Of a DNA stretch of 64,000 nucleotides, positions 55,601 through 63,620 are shown one piece after another. Position 1 is the first letter of the stretch, and the number at the start of each line of letters is the position of its first letter. The DNA is from an uncultured Acidimicrobiaceae bacterium. GTDB lineage: Bacteria; Actinomycetota; Acidimicrobiia; Acidimicrobiales; RAAP-2. The notes beneath the pieces are model-generated. The model worked only from the letters and a program-made list of their open reading frames with translations. It was not told where the DNA came from and did no database searches. The stretch covers positions 13,710 to 77,709 of the forward strand of contig OY969604.1 in the NCBI GenBank assembly GCA_963701325.1, read 5' to 3'. The position numbers and the translations under genes were made by a program.

Positions 55601-55798
55601 GATGCCGGCTTCTACGGCTCGACCGGCAACCTGACCCTCAACCGCCCGGTGGTCGGCATGGCGCCCTCACTGACCGGCAAGGGCTACTGGCTGGTCGCCT
55701 CCGACGGCGGCATCTTCGCCTACGGCGATGCCCGGTTCTTCGGATCGACGGGCGGGATCACCCTCAACCGCCCGGTGGTGGGGATGACCTCGACCTGA
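52670..55798 (+). CDS. Secreted S53 (sedolisin/kumamolisin-like) serine-carboxyl peptidase with pro-domain, two IPT/TIG domains and six C-terminal 42-aa repeats
   Basis: Signal peptide MRASRSRGLASLRLAAVPVALTLLAGFWSGAATAAPA. Pro-kumamolisin-like activation region (RPRDPAALDAFVRSVSTPGSPQFRRYL). Catalytic E/D in GEAALDIEMVAG, STSWGE, nucleophile in VGGTSAAAPLWAG (Ser codon 54257-54259). IPT-like CPAVTGLSPSSGKASGGQTVVVNGSGF and SPRVTSVIPIKGPTTGGGQVTIAGSDF. Then 6x GYWLVASDGGIFxxGDAGFxGSTGxxxLNxPVVGMAxTPDGK. Confidence 0.8.
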   Translation: MRASRSRGLASLRLAAVPVALTLLAGFWSGAATAAPAHPLAMVRLVGAGTSIPSGATVVGATDPASTVEAEVVLRPRDPAALDAFVRSVSTPGSPQFRRYLPRGRFGAVFGPDAATVTAARDWLSSTGLVVGPTAPDGLFIPVSGSATEVERSFSVSLVQARLRNGSVTRVGLGDPEVPAALAGDIQGVIGLSDASLLHPQIVLGGGGASTARPPAAASPRSGAHPLQVGPSPCPEASQVASAFNGWTANQLASTYGLSTLYGGGRSGAGQTVGVYELESYDPSDIQTYESCYGLGVPVTDVTVDGGAGPPTEDGEAALDIEMVAGLAPSSSVLVYTGPQVGTGPIDTYAAMVDADAAKVLSTSWGECEADMDPSDQAAETALFAQAATQGQTVLAASGDSGSSDCFDVLHPAGSQTLAVDDPADQPDVTGVGGTSLTAANSNAPSESVWNNWDASSMTGGAGGGGNSTVFVAPFWQQVPGAEIPDTVRTCGPHADQQCREVPDVAASADPDHGVVIFFDGHWSPVGGTSAAAPLWAGLLADTNQGCNTPAGLLGPELYQSGAASSENDITTGSNSIFPGMTGGLFDAHVGYDLASGWGSPRAASLLGLFSGAAAGCPAVTGLSPSSGKASGGQTVVVNGSGFGTGTPTVRFGGTAATVVSHTPSSLTVTTPDVVTGQQSVVTVTTTGPAAGTSAAVPSSTFTFISPRVTSVIPIKGPTTGGGQVTIAGSDFGGATSVRFGTSAAGSFTVTSPGSIVATVPAGPAGGATVDVSVTSPDGTSPQVGSDRYIYALPGYWLVASDGGIFDFGHAGFYGSTGNLTLNQPVVGMAATPDGKGYWLVASDGGIFAYGDAGFYGSTGNLTLNRPVVGMAATPDGKGYWLVASDGGIFAYGDAGFHGSTGGITLNRPVVGMASTPDGKGYWLVASDGGIFAFGDAGFHGSTGNLILNRPVVGTASTPDGKGYWLVASDGGIFAFGDAGFYGSTGNLTLNRPVVGMAPSLTGKGYWLVASDGGIFAYGDARFFGSTGGITLNRPVVGMTST
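55052..55795 (+). repeat. Tandem 126-nt coding repeat, 5.9 copies (3' end of the S53 peptidase gene)
   Basis: Units start at 55052, 55178, 55304, 55430, 55556 and 55682, each with GGCTACTGGCTGGTCGCCTCCGACGG. Neighbouring units are roughly 90% identical at the nucleotide level by eye. Confidence 0.9.
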
Positions 55799-55871
55799 CC
55801 GGCCCGTTTCGGGCATCGCGTGGCCCGGAGAGCCCCGGGTCGCGGATCGGGCGATCTAAGCTGATCCGATC

Positions 55872-56273
55872 ATGACCGCTGGAGAGATCGCCGTCCTGGT
55901 GGCGAGCATCGCCTGCGTGATCGCAGTGGCCGCCCTGCTGCTGGCTGTGGCCTCGCTCCGCCGCCAGGTGCAGCGGCTCGGCGCGCTGGCCGACGAGCTC
56001 CGCCGGCAGACCGTCCCCCTCGTCGCGGACGCCCACCGCGTGGTCGGGCAGGCGGCCACCGAGATGGAACGGGTCGGCGCCGTCCTCGACACGACCGAGT
56101 CGGTGCACGCGACGGTGGACTCGGCTTCGCGTCTCGCCTACCGCGCATTCGCCAACCCGGTGGTGAAGGTCCTGGCTGTCCGCGCCGGTGCCGCGACCGG
56201 GATCCGTCGGCTCGCGTCGCGGGAGACCGCTCCGCGCAATGGCGCGTCCGTTCCCCGCGATCGGAGCCGGTGA
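55872..56273 (+). CDS. DUF948-like membrane-anchored coiled-coil protein
   Basis: MTAGEIAVLVASIACVIAVAALLLAV N-terminal TM followed by a helical region. Architecture and position upstream of alaS match actinobacterial DUF948 proteins. Confidence 0.65.
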   Translation: MTAGEIAVLVASIACVIAVAALLLAVASLRRQVQRLGALADELRRQTVPLVADAHRVVGQAATEMERVGAVLDTTESVHATVDSASRLAYRAFANPVVKVLAVRAGAATGIRRLASRETAPRNGASVPRDRSR

Positions 56274-56614
56274 TCGTCGTTCCACGGCGGGCCTTCTGGC
56301 TGATGACCGGAGCAGTGGCCGGTGCCGGCTCGGCGCTCTGGGCCGAGCGCAAGGTCCGGCACACCCTCGAGCAGGCGGCGGCACGGCTCGCACCCGAGGC
56401 GCTGGCGACAGAGGTCGGTCGGTCGGCCCGTCAGGTGGCAGGGCAGACCGGCAAGCGGGTGCGGGACGCGGTGGCCTCCGGGCGATCCGAGAAGCAACGC
56501 CGTGAGTCCGAGCTCTGGGACCAGCTGGCCTCGTCCGGCGCCGTCGCGCCCGACGGTGTCCCGACCATCGGAGGGGACACCCGGCGAGAATCAGCCTCTC
56601 ACCTGGGCACGTAG
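56270..56614 (+). CDS. Small hypothetical membrane protein
   Basis: GTG 56270 overlaps the upstream TGA (GTGA). One TM ([17 protein letters not shown]) followed by a charged helix. High GC3 in this frame. Confidence 0.45.
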   Translation: MIVVPRRAFWLMTGAVAGAGSALWAERKVRHTLEQAAARLAPEALATEVGRSARQVAGQTGKRVRDAVASGRSEKQRRESELWDQLASSGAVAPDGVPTIGGDTRRESASHLGT

Positions 56615-56616
56615 GA

Positions 56617-59233
56617 TTGCCGGTCGTGACCTCCGGCACGGCGCACGGCGCCGACCACCTCAGAGCCGCGTTCACCGGCTTCTTCGTCGAGCGCGGCCAC
56701 GCGGCGGTGCCCTCGGCGAGTCTGATCCCGCACGACCCGACGGTGCTGTTCACGATCGCCGGGATGGTGCCGTTCAAACCCTTCTTCCTCGGCGACGAGG
56801 TCCCGCCCTGGACCCGGGCCACGTCGGTGCAGAAGTGCTTCCGCACCGTCGACATCGACGTGGTCGGCACCACCCAGCGCCACTGCACGTTCTTCGAGAT
56901 GCTCGGGAACTTCAGTTTCGGCGACTACTTCAAGGCGGAGGCCATCCCGTTCGCCTGGGAGCTGGTGACCGGTGTGCTGGGCATCGACGGCGACCGGCTC
57001 TGGATCACGGTGCACGAGGACGACGACGAGGCGGAGGCCATCTGGCAGCGACGCGGTCGGTATCCCGACCGGACGCATCCAGCGGATGGGCGACGACAAC
57101 GTCTGGAAGGGTGAGGGTGTCGGCCCGTGGGGTCCGAGCTCCGAGCTCTTCTTCGACAAGGGGTCCGCCTACGGCGAGGACGGGGGACCGGCGCTGGGCG
57201 GTGCAGAGCGCTTCGTCGAGATCTGGAACCTGGTCTTCATGCAGTACGACCGCCATCCGGACGGATCGACGGACGCGTTGCCGCGGCCCAGCATCGACAC
57301 GGGCGCCGGGCTCGAGCGCATCCTGCCCGTCCTGCAGGGCGTCGACTCGATCTTCGACACCGAGCTGTTCGTGCCGCTCCTCGAGGAGGCCCAGTCGATC
57401 ACCGGCCGGACCTATGGCGAGGACGACCACGACGACGTGGCCCTTCGCATCCTGGCCGACCACGGGCGGGCCATGTCCATGGTGGTGGCCGACGGGGTGC
57501 TGCCGGCCAACGAGGGTCGGGGCTACGTGCTCCGCCGACTCATCCGCCGCGCCGTGCGCCGGGGGCGTCAGCTCGGGGTCACCGAGCCGTTCACACCGCG
57601 GCTCGTGGACGTGGCCGTCGCGGTCCTCGGGGGCACCTATCCGGGACTCGCCGAGCAGCACGAGCTGGTCGCCGACGTGGTGGGCCGTGAGGAGGAGGCC
57701 TTTCTGCGCACGCTGGCCACCGGGTCGGCCATCCTCGACGAGGAGCTGGCCGCGGCCGGTGACACGCTCGCCGGCGACGTTGCCTTCCGGCTGCACGACA
57801 CCTACGGCTTTCCGGTCGAGCTCACGGTGGAGATCGCCGAGGAGGCCGGCCGGAGCGTCGACCTGGAGGGGTTCGAGCAGGCCATGGACCGCCAGCGCGC
57901 CCAGGCCAGGGCCGCGGCGCGGGCCGGTCGGGTGCCTGCTGGGGAGGAGGCCTACCGGTCGGTCCTCGACCTCGAGGGCCGGACCGTCTTCGTCGGGCAG
58001 CGGTCCGACGACTACTCGACGCCGGCCCGGGTGGTCGCGGTGCTGACCGACCGTGCGCCCGAGGATGCCGGGCAGGTCGAGGTCTTCCTCGACCGGACCC
58101 CCTTCTACGCCGAGGGTGGGGGACAGATGGGCGACACCGGGACCATCGTCACCGAGAGCGGCACGGCGTTCGTCTTCGACACGGTCTCGGCGCTGCCCGG
58201 ACTGACCTCCCATCGGGCGACGGTCACCGGTGAGATCCTCGCCGGGCAGGATGCCATCGCGACGATCGACGGTTCCCGGCGTGAGGCCCTGCGGCGCAGC
58301 CACACCGCCACCCACCTCCTGCACGCGGCACTGCGCAGCGTCCTCGGGGGCCATGTGCGCCAGCAGAGCTCGCTGGTCGCGCCCGACCGTCTCCGCTTCG
58401 ACTTCAGTCACCACGCTGCGGTCACCCCGGGCGAGCTGGCCGAGGTCACCACCCTGGCCAACGCCGACGTGCTCACCGACGACAGGGTGGTTGTCGAGGA
58501 GCACTCGAGGGCCGAGGCCGAGGCGATGGGAGCATTGGCGTTCTTCGGCGACAAGTACGGCGAACGGGTGCGCGTCGTGCAGGCCGGGCCGCACTCGACC
58601 GAGCTCTGTGGTGGCACCCATGTCAGCGCGCTCGGGATGATCGGTCCGATCACGATCGTCTCCGAGTCGTCCATCGGCTCCAACACACGACGGATCCTCG
58701 CGGTGACCGGCATGGGCGCCATCGAGCGGACGGCCTCCCGGGAGGCGTTGCTCGACGGAGCGGCCGACCTGCTCCGCACCGACCCGGAACACGTCGGCGA
58801 GGCCATCGAACGCCTGCTGGAGCGCCAGCGCGCTGCCGAAAAGGCCCTCGAACAGGCCCGTGCCCGCGAGCTCCGGGCCGACGCGCAGACGCTGCTCGCA
58901 GAGTCGTCGGGGGGAGCCGTGGTGGCCCGCCGGGACGGGCTGAGCCCGGACCAGCTCCGTGACCTGGCCCAGAGCGTCCGGTCGTCGGGGGGGCTCCGGG
59001 CGGTGGTGCTCGGTGGGAGCCCGGACGGTGCCAAGGCCTCGCTGGTCGTGGCGGCCGACCCTGCTGATCGCCCCGACGGGCAGGTAGACGCCGGCGGGCT
59101 CGTCAAGCAGATCTCCCCACTGCTGGGCGGCGGCGGCGGTGGTTCGCCCGAGGTGGCCGTCGCAGGGGGCAAGGACCCGACCGGCATCGACCGGGCCCTC
59201 GAGGAGGCCCGTCGGGTGCTCGGCGGCTCCTGA
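56617..59233 (+). pseudogene. alaS: Alanine--tRNA ligase, frameshifted (+1) at about 57046
   Basis: [62 protein letters not shown]...DDDEAEAIW in frame 1. Then [37 protein letters not shown]...EIWNLVFMQY...HTATHLLH...GGGGGSPEVAVAGG in frame 2 (ORF 56972-59233). Start is TTG 56617 or GTG 56626. Confidence 0.93.
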
Positions 59234-59239
59234 ACGCCG

Positions 59240-59698
59240 GTGGGGACGGACGGCCCGAACCGGCGCGGACGGGCGGTCGGCATCGATCTGGGTACCCGCC
59301 GCATCGGTATCGCGGTGAGCGACTCGGCGGGCACGGTGGCCACGCCGCGGAGCACCGTGGTCCGGAGCGGGGACGCCGACCGGGACCGCCGGACCCTGGT
59401 GGACCTCATCCTCGAGGAGGAGGCGGTCACGGTGGTCGTCGGCCTGCCCCTCTCCCTGGACGGGAGCCGTGGCCCGGCGGCGCTGGCGGCCGAGGCCGAG
59501 GCCGGCGCCCTGCAGGCACTGCTTGCCGACAGGGACATCACGGTCGAGCTCTTTGACGAGCGCCTCACCACCGTGACCGCCGAGCAGTCCCTCGGTGCCG
59601 CGGGCACACGCGGGCGCGCCCGACGGGCCGTCGTCGACCGCACGGCCGCCGCGGTCATTCTCTCGGCATGGCTCGACGGCCGGAGGGCTCGATCGTGA
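59240..59698 (+). CDS. ruvX: Holliday junction resolvase-like RuvX (YqgF)
   Basis: AVGIDLGTRRIGIAVSD...VVVGLPLSLDGSRGPAA...DERLTTVTAE. GTG start. Confidence 0.9.
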   Translation: MGTDGPNRRGRAVGIDLGTRRIGIAVSDSAGTVATPRSTVVRSGDADRDRRTLVDLILEEEAVTVVVGLPLSLDGSRGPAALAAEAEAGALQALLADRDITVELFDERLTTVTAEQSLGAAGTRGRARRAVVDRTAAAVILSAWLDGRRARS

Positions 59699-60900
59699 CC
59701 GGCCCCGACGAGGGATCTGGGGAGCACAGCCCGCCCGCGTCCGGACCCGACGTCGTCGCGACAGCCCGCATCGGCCCGGCCGAAGTCGGGGGAGAAGATG
59801 CGGTGGCCGTCGACCCCCACATCTACGGGCGCCAGAGTCAGGGCGACGGCGGCGCGGGCGGTGGCGGGCGTCACCGGGGTCATGCTGGGCGGCGGGGCCA
59901 CCCCTGGCGGATCGCCGTGCTGGTCATCGTCGTGCTCGGGGTTGCCTTCCTGGTCGCGGTGTTCCTCTGGGTCTCGTCGGAGGCCTCTCCCTCGGGACCT
60001 CCGGGCGCGCAGGTCGTGGTCACCGTGCCCACCGGTTCGGGGGTCGACCAGGTGGCGGGCACCCTCGAGGCGAAGCAGGTCATCGGCAGCTCGCTCGCCT
60101 ACCGGATCTGGTCCCAGTTCCACAGCATCCCCGGGGTCCAGGCCGGTGCCTACGCCTTCCGGCGCAACTCGAGCTTCGCCACCGTGAACGGGATCCTCGC
60201 CACCGGGCCCAACGTCTTCCCGGTCATCATCCCCCCTGGCTTCACCGTGGCCGAACTGGCCCAACGGGTCGGCCAGGTGCCGGGCCACACCGCGAGCGCC
60301 TTTCTGGCCACGGCCGCAACCGTGCACTCACAGTGGCAGCCCGCCGGCTCGACCAACCTGGACGGGCTCCTCGGCACGGGGACCTATCTGGTCTTCCCGG
60401 CGGAGACCGACCACCAACTGCTCGTCGACATGATCGGCCGGTTCGACACCCTCGCAGCCCGGGTCGGCCTGGCCGAGGGCTCGGCCCACCTGGGGCTCAC
60501 GCCGTACGAGGTGATCACCATCGCGTCGATCGTCGAGAAGGAGGGGGTGATCGCCCAGAACCTCGGTCCGGTGGCCCGGGTCGTCCTCAACCGCATCGCC
60601 CGCGGAATGCCCCTGCAGATGGACTCGACGGTGCTCTACGCGCTCGGACGGGACGGTGGCCCGGTGACCGCGGCCGACCTCCAGACCCAGACGCCCTACA
60701 ACACCTATCTGCACACCGGCCTCCCCCCGTCCCCGACCTGCTTCCCGTCCCGTGCGTCGCTGCAGGCGGCCCTCGACCCACCCGCCGGCTCCTGGCTCTA
60801 CTTCGTGGTGGTCGAACAGAATGGCACCGAGGCCTTCTCCGACACCTTCGCCGAGCAGCAGGCCAACGAGGCACTTGCTGCCGCGCGCGGTCTGGGCTGA
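59695..60900 (+). CDS. mltG: Endolytic murein transglycosylase MltG (YceG family)
   Basis: Disordered N-terminus, one TM (IAVLVIVVLGVAFLVAVFLWV), then TIASIVEKEG, LQMDSTVLYA, YNTYLHTGLPPSP. GTG 59695 overlaps the ruvX TGA (GTGA). The ORF is open from 59668. Confidence 0.9.
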   Translation: MTGPDEGSGEHSPPASGPDVVATARIGPAEVGGEDAVAVDPHIYGRQSQGDGGAGGGGRHRGHAGRRGHPWRIAVLVIVVLGVAFLVAVFLWVSSEASPSGPPGAQVVVTVPTGSGVDQVAGTLEAKQVIGSSLAYRIWSQFHSIPGVQAGAYAFRRNSSFATVNGILATGPNVFPVIIPPGFTVAELAQRVGQVPGHTASAFLATAATVHSQWQPAGSTNLDGLLGTGTYLVFPAETDHQLLVDMIGRFDTLAARVGLAEGSAHLGLTPYEVITIASIVEKEGVIAQNLGPVARVVLNRIARGMPLQMDSTVLYALGRDGGPVTAADLQTQTPYNTYLHTGLPPSPTCFPSRASLQAALDPPAGSWLYFVVVEQNGTEAFSDTFAEQQANEALAAARGLG

Positions 60901-60984
60901 GCGGGCAAGACTGCACGGATGCCGATGACCTCCGATCTGCCGCCGGGTCGCACCGACCACCTGTCAGCGGATGCGGGCGGCTCG

Positions 60985-61857
60985 ATGAGCGGCATCACGG
61001 CTGCGACCAACGTGGTCGGGGTCATCGGCGACCCGGTGGCCCATTCCCTCTCACCGCTGCTGCACAACACCGCCTTCGCGGTCCTGGCGGTCGACTGGGT
61101 CTCTGTCGGGTTCCCGGTGGTGGACGGGGGAGCGGCCCAGGCGCTGGCCGGCGCCGGCGCGCTGGGGATCCGCGGGCTCTCGGTCACCATGCCCCACAAG
61201 GGTGCGGTGGCAGGCGTCGTGGACGAGCTCACGCCCGAGGCCGCCCGTCTCGGCGCGGTCAACTGCGTGATCGCGACTGCCGACGGATGGGTGGGTGACA
61301 ACACCGACGGCGCCGGTTTCGTGGCGGCGCTCCGCCGTGCCCACCGGTTCGACCCGGGAGCGCAGCGCTGTCTGGTGATCGGAGCGGGGGGAGCGGCGCG
61401 TGCAGTGGTGGCCGCGCTGGCCGACGCCGGCGCGGACCAAGTGGTGGTCGTCAACCGCACCCCGGAGCGGGCGGCGACCGCCGCAGCCCTGGCCGGCCCG
61501 GTCGGGCGGGTGGGCACGCCGGCGGACGCGCCGTCCTGCCGGCTCGTGGTCAACGCGACGCCGGCAGGCATGGGCGACGTGGCCAACGGACCGGCGTCCT
61601 GGCCGCTCGATCCGGCGCTGCTCGACGCCGGGCAGCTGGTCGTCGATCTCGTCTACCACCCATCGGTCACGCCCTGGCTCGAGGCGGCGCGCCAGCGGGG
61701 CGCGACGGTGTCGAACGGCCTCGGGATGCTCGTCCATCAGGCTGCCCTGCAGGTCGAGCGGTGGACAGGGCACGCCGCCCCGGTCGACGCGATGTGGCGG
61801 GCTGTACAGGAGCTGGGCGCCCGACGGCGCCCCGGGGAGGCACCGACCGACGGGTAG
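60985..61857 (+). CDS. aroE: Shikimate dehydrogenase (NADP+)
   Basis: VIGDPVAHSLSPLLHN, LSVTMPHK, VGDNTDGAGF, VIGAGGAARAVV, NATPAGM. The ORF is open from ATG 60919; ATG 60985 fits the usual N-terminus better. Confidence 0.9.
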   Translation: MSGITAATNVVGVIGDPVAHSLSPLLHNTAFAVLAVDWVSVGFPVVDGGAAQALAGAGALGIRGLSVTMPHKGAVAGVVDELTPEAARLGAVNCVIATADGWVGDNTDGAGFVAALRRAHRFDPGAQRCLVIGAGGAARAVVAALADAGADQVVVVNRTPERAATAAALAGPVGRVGTPADAPSCRLVVNATPAGMGDVANGPASWPLDPALLDAGQLVVDLVYHPSVTPWLEAARQRGATVSNGLGMLVHQAALQVERWTGHAAPVDAMWRAVQELGARRRPGEAPTDG

Positions 61858-61878
61858 CCTTGCTGGCGGAGCAACCTG

Positions 61879-63015
61879 GTGACCTACGCAGCCGACACCC
61901 TCGCGACGCGCCCTCGCCACCTGGCGGCCCGCATCGATCCGATCCTGGTCGGCACGACGCTGCTCCTCGCGGTGACCGGGATCGTCATGATCTTCTCCGC
62001 GACCAGGGCCAAGCTGGCGCTCGCCGGCGAGGACCCGCACTACTACCTCAAGCGCCAGGCGGCCTTCTTTCTCATCGCGCTGCTCGTGTTCGTGGCGGTG
62101 GCCCTCTTCGACTACCGGAGGCTCGAGCAGATCAGCACGGTCCTCTACGTGGGCATCCTCCTCGGCCTCCTCGCGGTCCTCTCGCCGTTCGGCTCGCACG
62201 CGCTCGGGTCACAGCGGTGGTTCTCCCTCGGGCCACTCCAGCTGCAGCCCTCGGAGTTCGCCACCCTGGTCCTGATCGTGGCCATCGCCACCTACTGCAC
62301 GCGACGACCCGAGGGTCTCACCTTCCGGGACCTCGTCCGGATGGTCCTCATGTCGGCGCTGCCCATCCTCCTCGTCATCAAGCAGCCCGACCTGGGCACC
62401 GCGATCGTGATGTCGGTCATCCTGGTGGTGATGCTGGCCGTGGCGGGGATGCCCGGGCGCTACCTGGTCCTGCTGGTCATCGGGGCGGCGGCGGTGGTCT
62501 TCCTCGCGATCAACCTCGGCCTGGTCAAGCACTACCAGATCCAGCGGCTGACCAGCTTCATCTCACCCAACGGCGCGAGCCAGGACGTGACCTACAACGT
62601 GACCCAGGCCAAGGACGCCATCGCCCACGGGGGCATCTTCGGGACGGGTCTCTTCAAGGGTGCCCAGACCAACCTTGCCTACGTTCCCGAGCAGCAGACC
62701 GACTTCATCTTCTCGGCCGTGGGGGAGCAGCTGGGGTTCGTCGGGTCCGGCATCCTGCTCATGATCTACGGGATCCTCGCCTGGCGGGTCCTGCGGGTGG
62801 CCCAGCAGGCGAAGGACACCTTCGGGCGGCTGCTGTGCGCCGGCGTCTTCGCCCTGCTCACCTTTTCGATCTTCGAGAACGTCGGGATGAACATGGGGAT
62901 CATGCCGGTCGCCGGCATCCCCCTCCCCTTCCTGTCCTACGGCGGGTCGGCGATGATCGCCTTCATGGCCGCGATCGGCCTGGTGGCGAGTGTGCAGCGC
63001 CGGAGCGCCCGGTGA
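61879..63015 (+). CDS. SEDS-family peptidoglycan glycosyltransferase (FtsW/RodA/SpoVE)
   Basis: LQLQPSEFA, IKQPDLGTAIV, EQQTDFIFSAVGEQLGFVG, GIPLPFLSYGGSAMI. 378 aa, GTG start. Confidence 0.9.
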   Translation: MTYAADTLATRPRHLAARIDPILVGTTLLLAVTGIVMIFSATRAKLALAGEDPHYYLKRQAAFFLIALLVFVAVALFDYRRLEQISTVLYVGILLGLLAVLSPFGSHALGSQRWFSLGPLQLQPSEFATLVLIVAIATYCTRRPEGLTFRDLVRMVLMSALPILLVIKQPDLGTAIVMSVILVVMLAVAGMPGRYLVLLVIGAAAVVFLAINLGLVKHYQIQRLTSFISPNGASQDVTYNVTQAKDAIAHGGIFGTGLFKGAQTNLAYVPEQQTDFIFSAVGEQLGFVGSGILLMIYGILAWRVLRVAQQAKDTFGRLLCAGVFALLTFSIFENVGMNMGIMPVAGIPLPFLSYGGSAMIAFMAAIGLVASVQRRSAR

Positions 63016-63602
63016 GCGACCTCGACACCGACCCGGTGAGCGACCCCACCGTTGGCGCGCCCGGCGAGGGCTCCGACGGCGTGGGGGCGCCGGGCGAGGC
63101 GGCCGATCGTGCAGGTGACCCGGCGGACCCGCCGCTGGAAGCGGCGACAGTTCCCGAGACCGCCCGACCGAGCGGTCTGCGCACGGCACTCGTCTCCTCG
63201 GTCACCCTCGACCTGCCCAACCAGCATCCGACCGTGGTGCTCCGGGAGAGCGAGACCCCGCGACGGCAACTGTCCTTCTCGATCGGCTTCCCGGATGCGG
63301 TCGTCCTCTCCCATGCCTTCCGCCGGATCGCGACCCCCCGGCCGCTCACCCACGAGCTCATGAGCTCGGTGCTCCAGCGCTTCGACGTCGACATCGTGGC
63401 GGTGCGGATCGTCGGCCGCCGCGGCACCGTCTATTTCGCCGAGCTCGACCTGCGGGGCCGGAGCGTGCGATCGGTGCACTCGTGCCGGCCGAGCGATGCC
63501 CTCACCCTCGCCCTTCTCCAGCCGGTGCCGGTCCCCATCCTCGTCGACGAGCGGCTCCTCGAGGGCTCGGGCGACGTCGAACCGCGGGGCGCCGCCGGCT
63601 GA
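63012..63602 (+). CDS. Bifunctional-nuclease (BFN/DUF151) domain protein with an acidic, Pro-rich N-terminus
   Basis: GTG 63012 overlaps the SEDS TGA (GTGA). The core is PTVVLRESETPRRQLSFSIGFPDAVVLSHAFRRIATPRPLTHELMSSVLQRFDVDIVAVRIVGRRGTVYFAELDL...RPSDALTLALLQPVPVPILVDERLL. Confidence 0.75.
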   Translation: MSDLDTDPVSDPTVGAPGEGSDGVGAPGEAADRAGDPADPPLEAATVPETARPSGLRTALVSSVTLDLPNQHPTVVLRESETPRRQLSFSIGFPDAVVLSHAFRRIATPRPLTHELMSSVLQRFDVDIVAVRIVGRRGTVYFAELDLRGRSVRSVHSCRPSDALTLALLQPVPVPILVDERLLEGSGDVEPRGAAG

Positions 63603-63620
63603 CCCGGTGGGCGGCGGTCG

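Noticed and set aside
55052-55795. Regular tandem repeats considered as a possible CRISPR array or satellite
   Set aside because: The units are contiguous with no spacers, 126 nt long and in frame. They encode a conserved 42-aa protein repeat within a single ORF that has high GC3.
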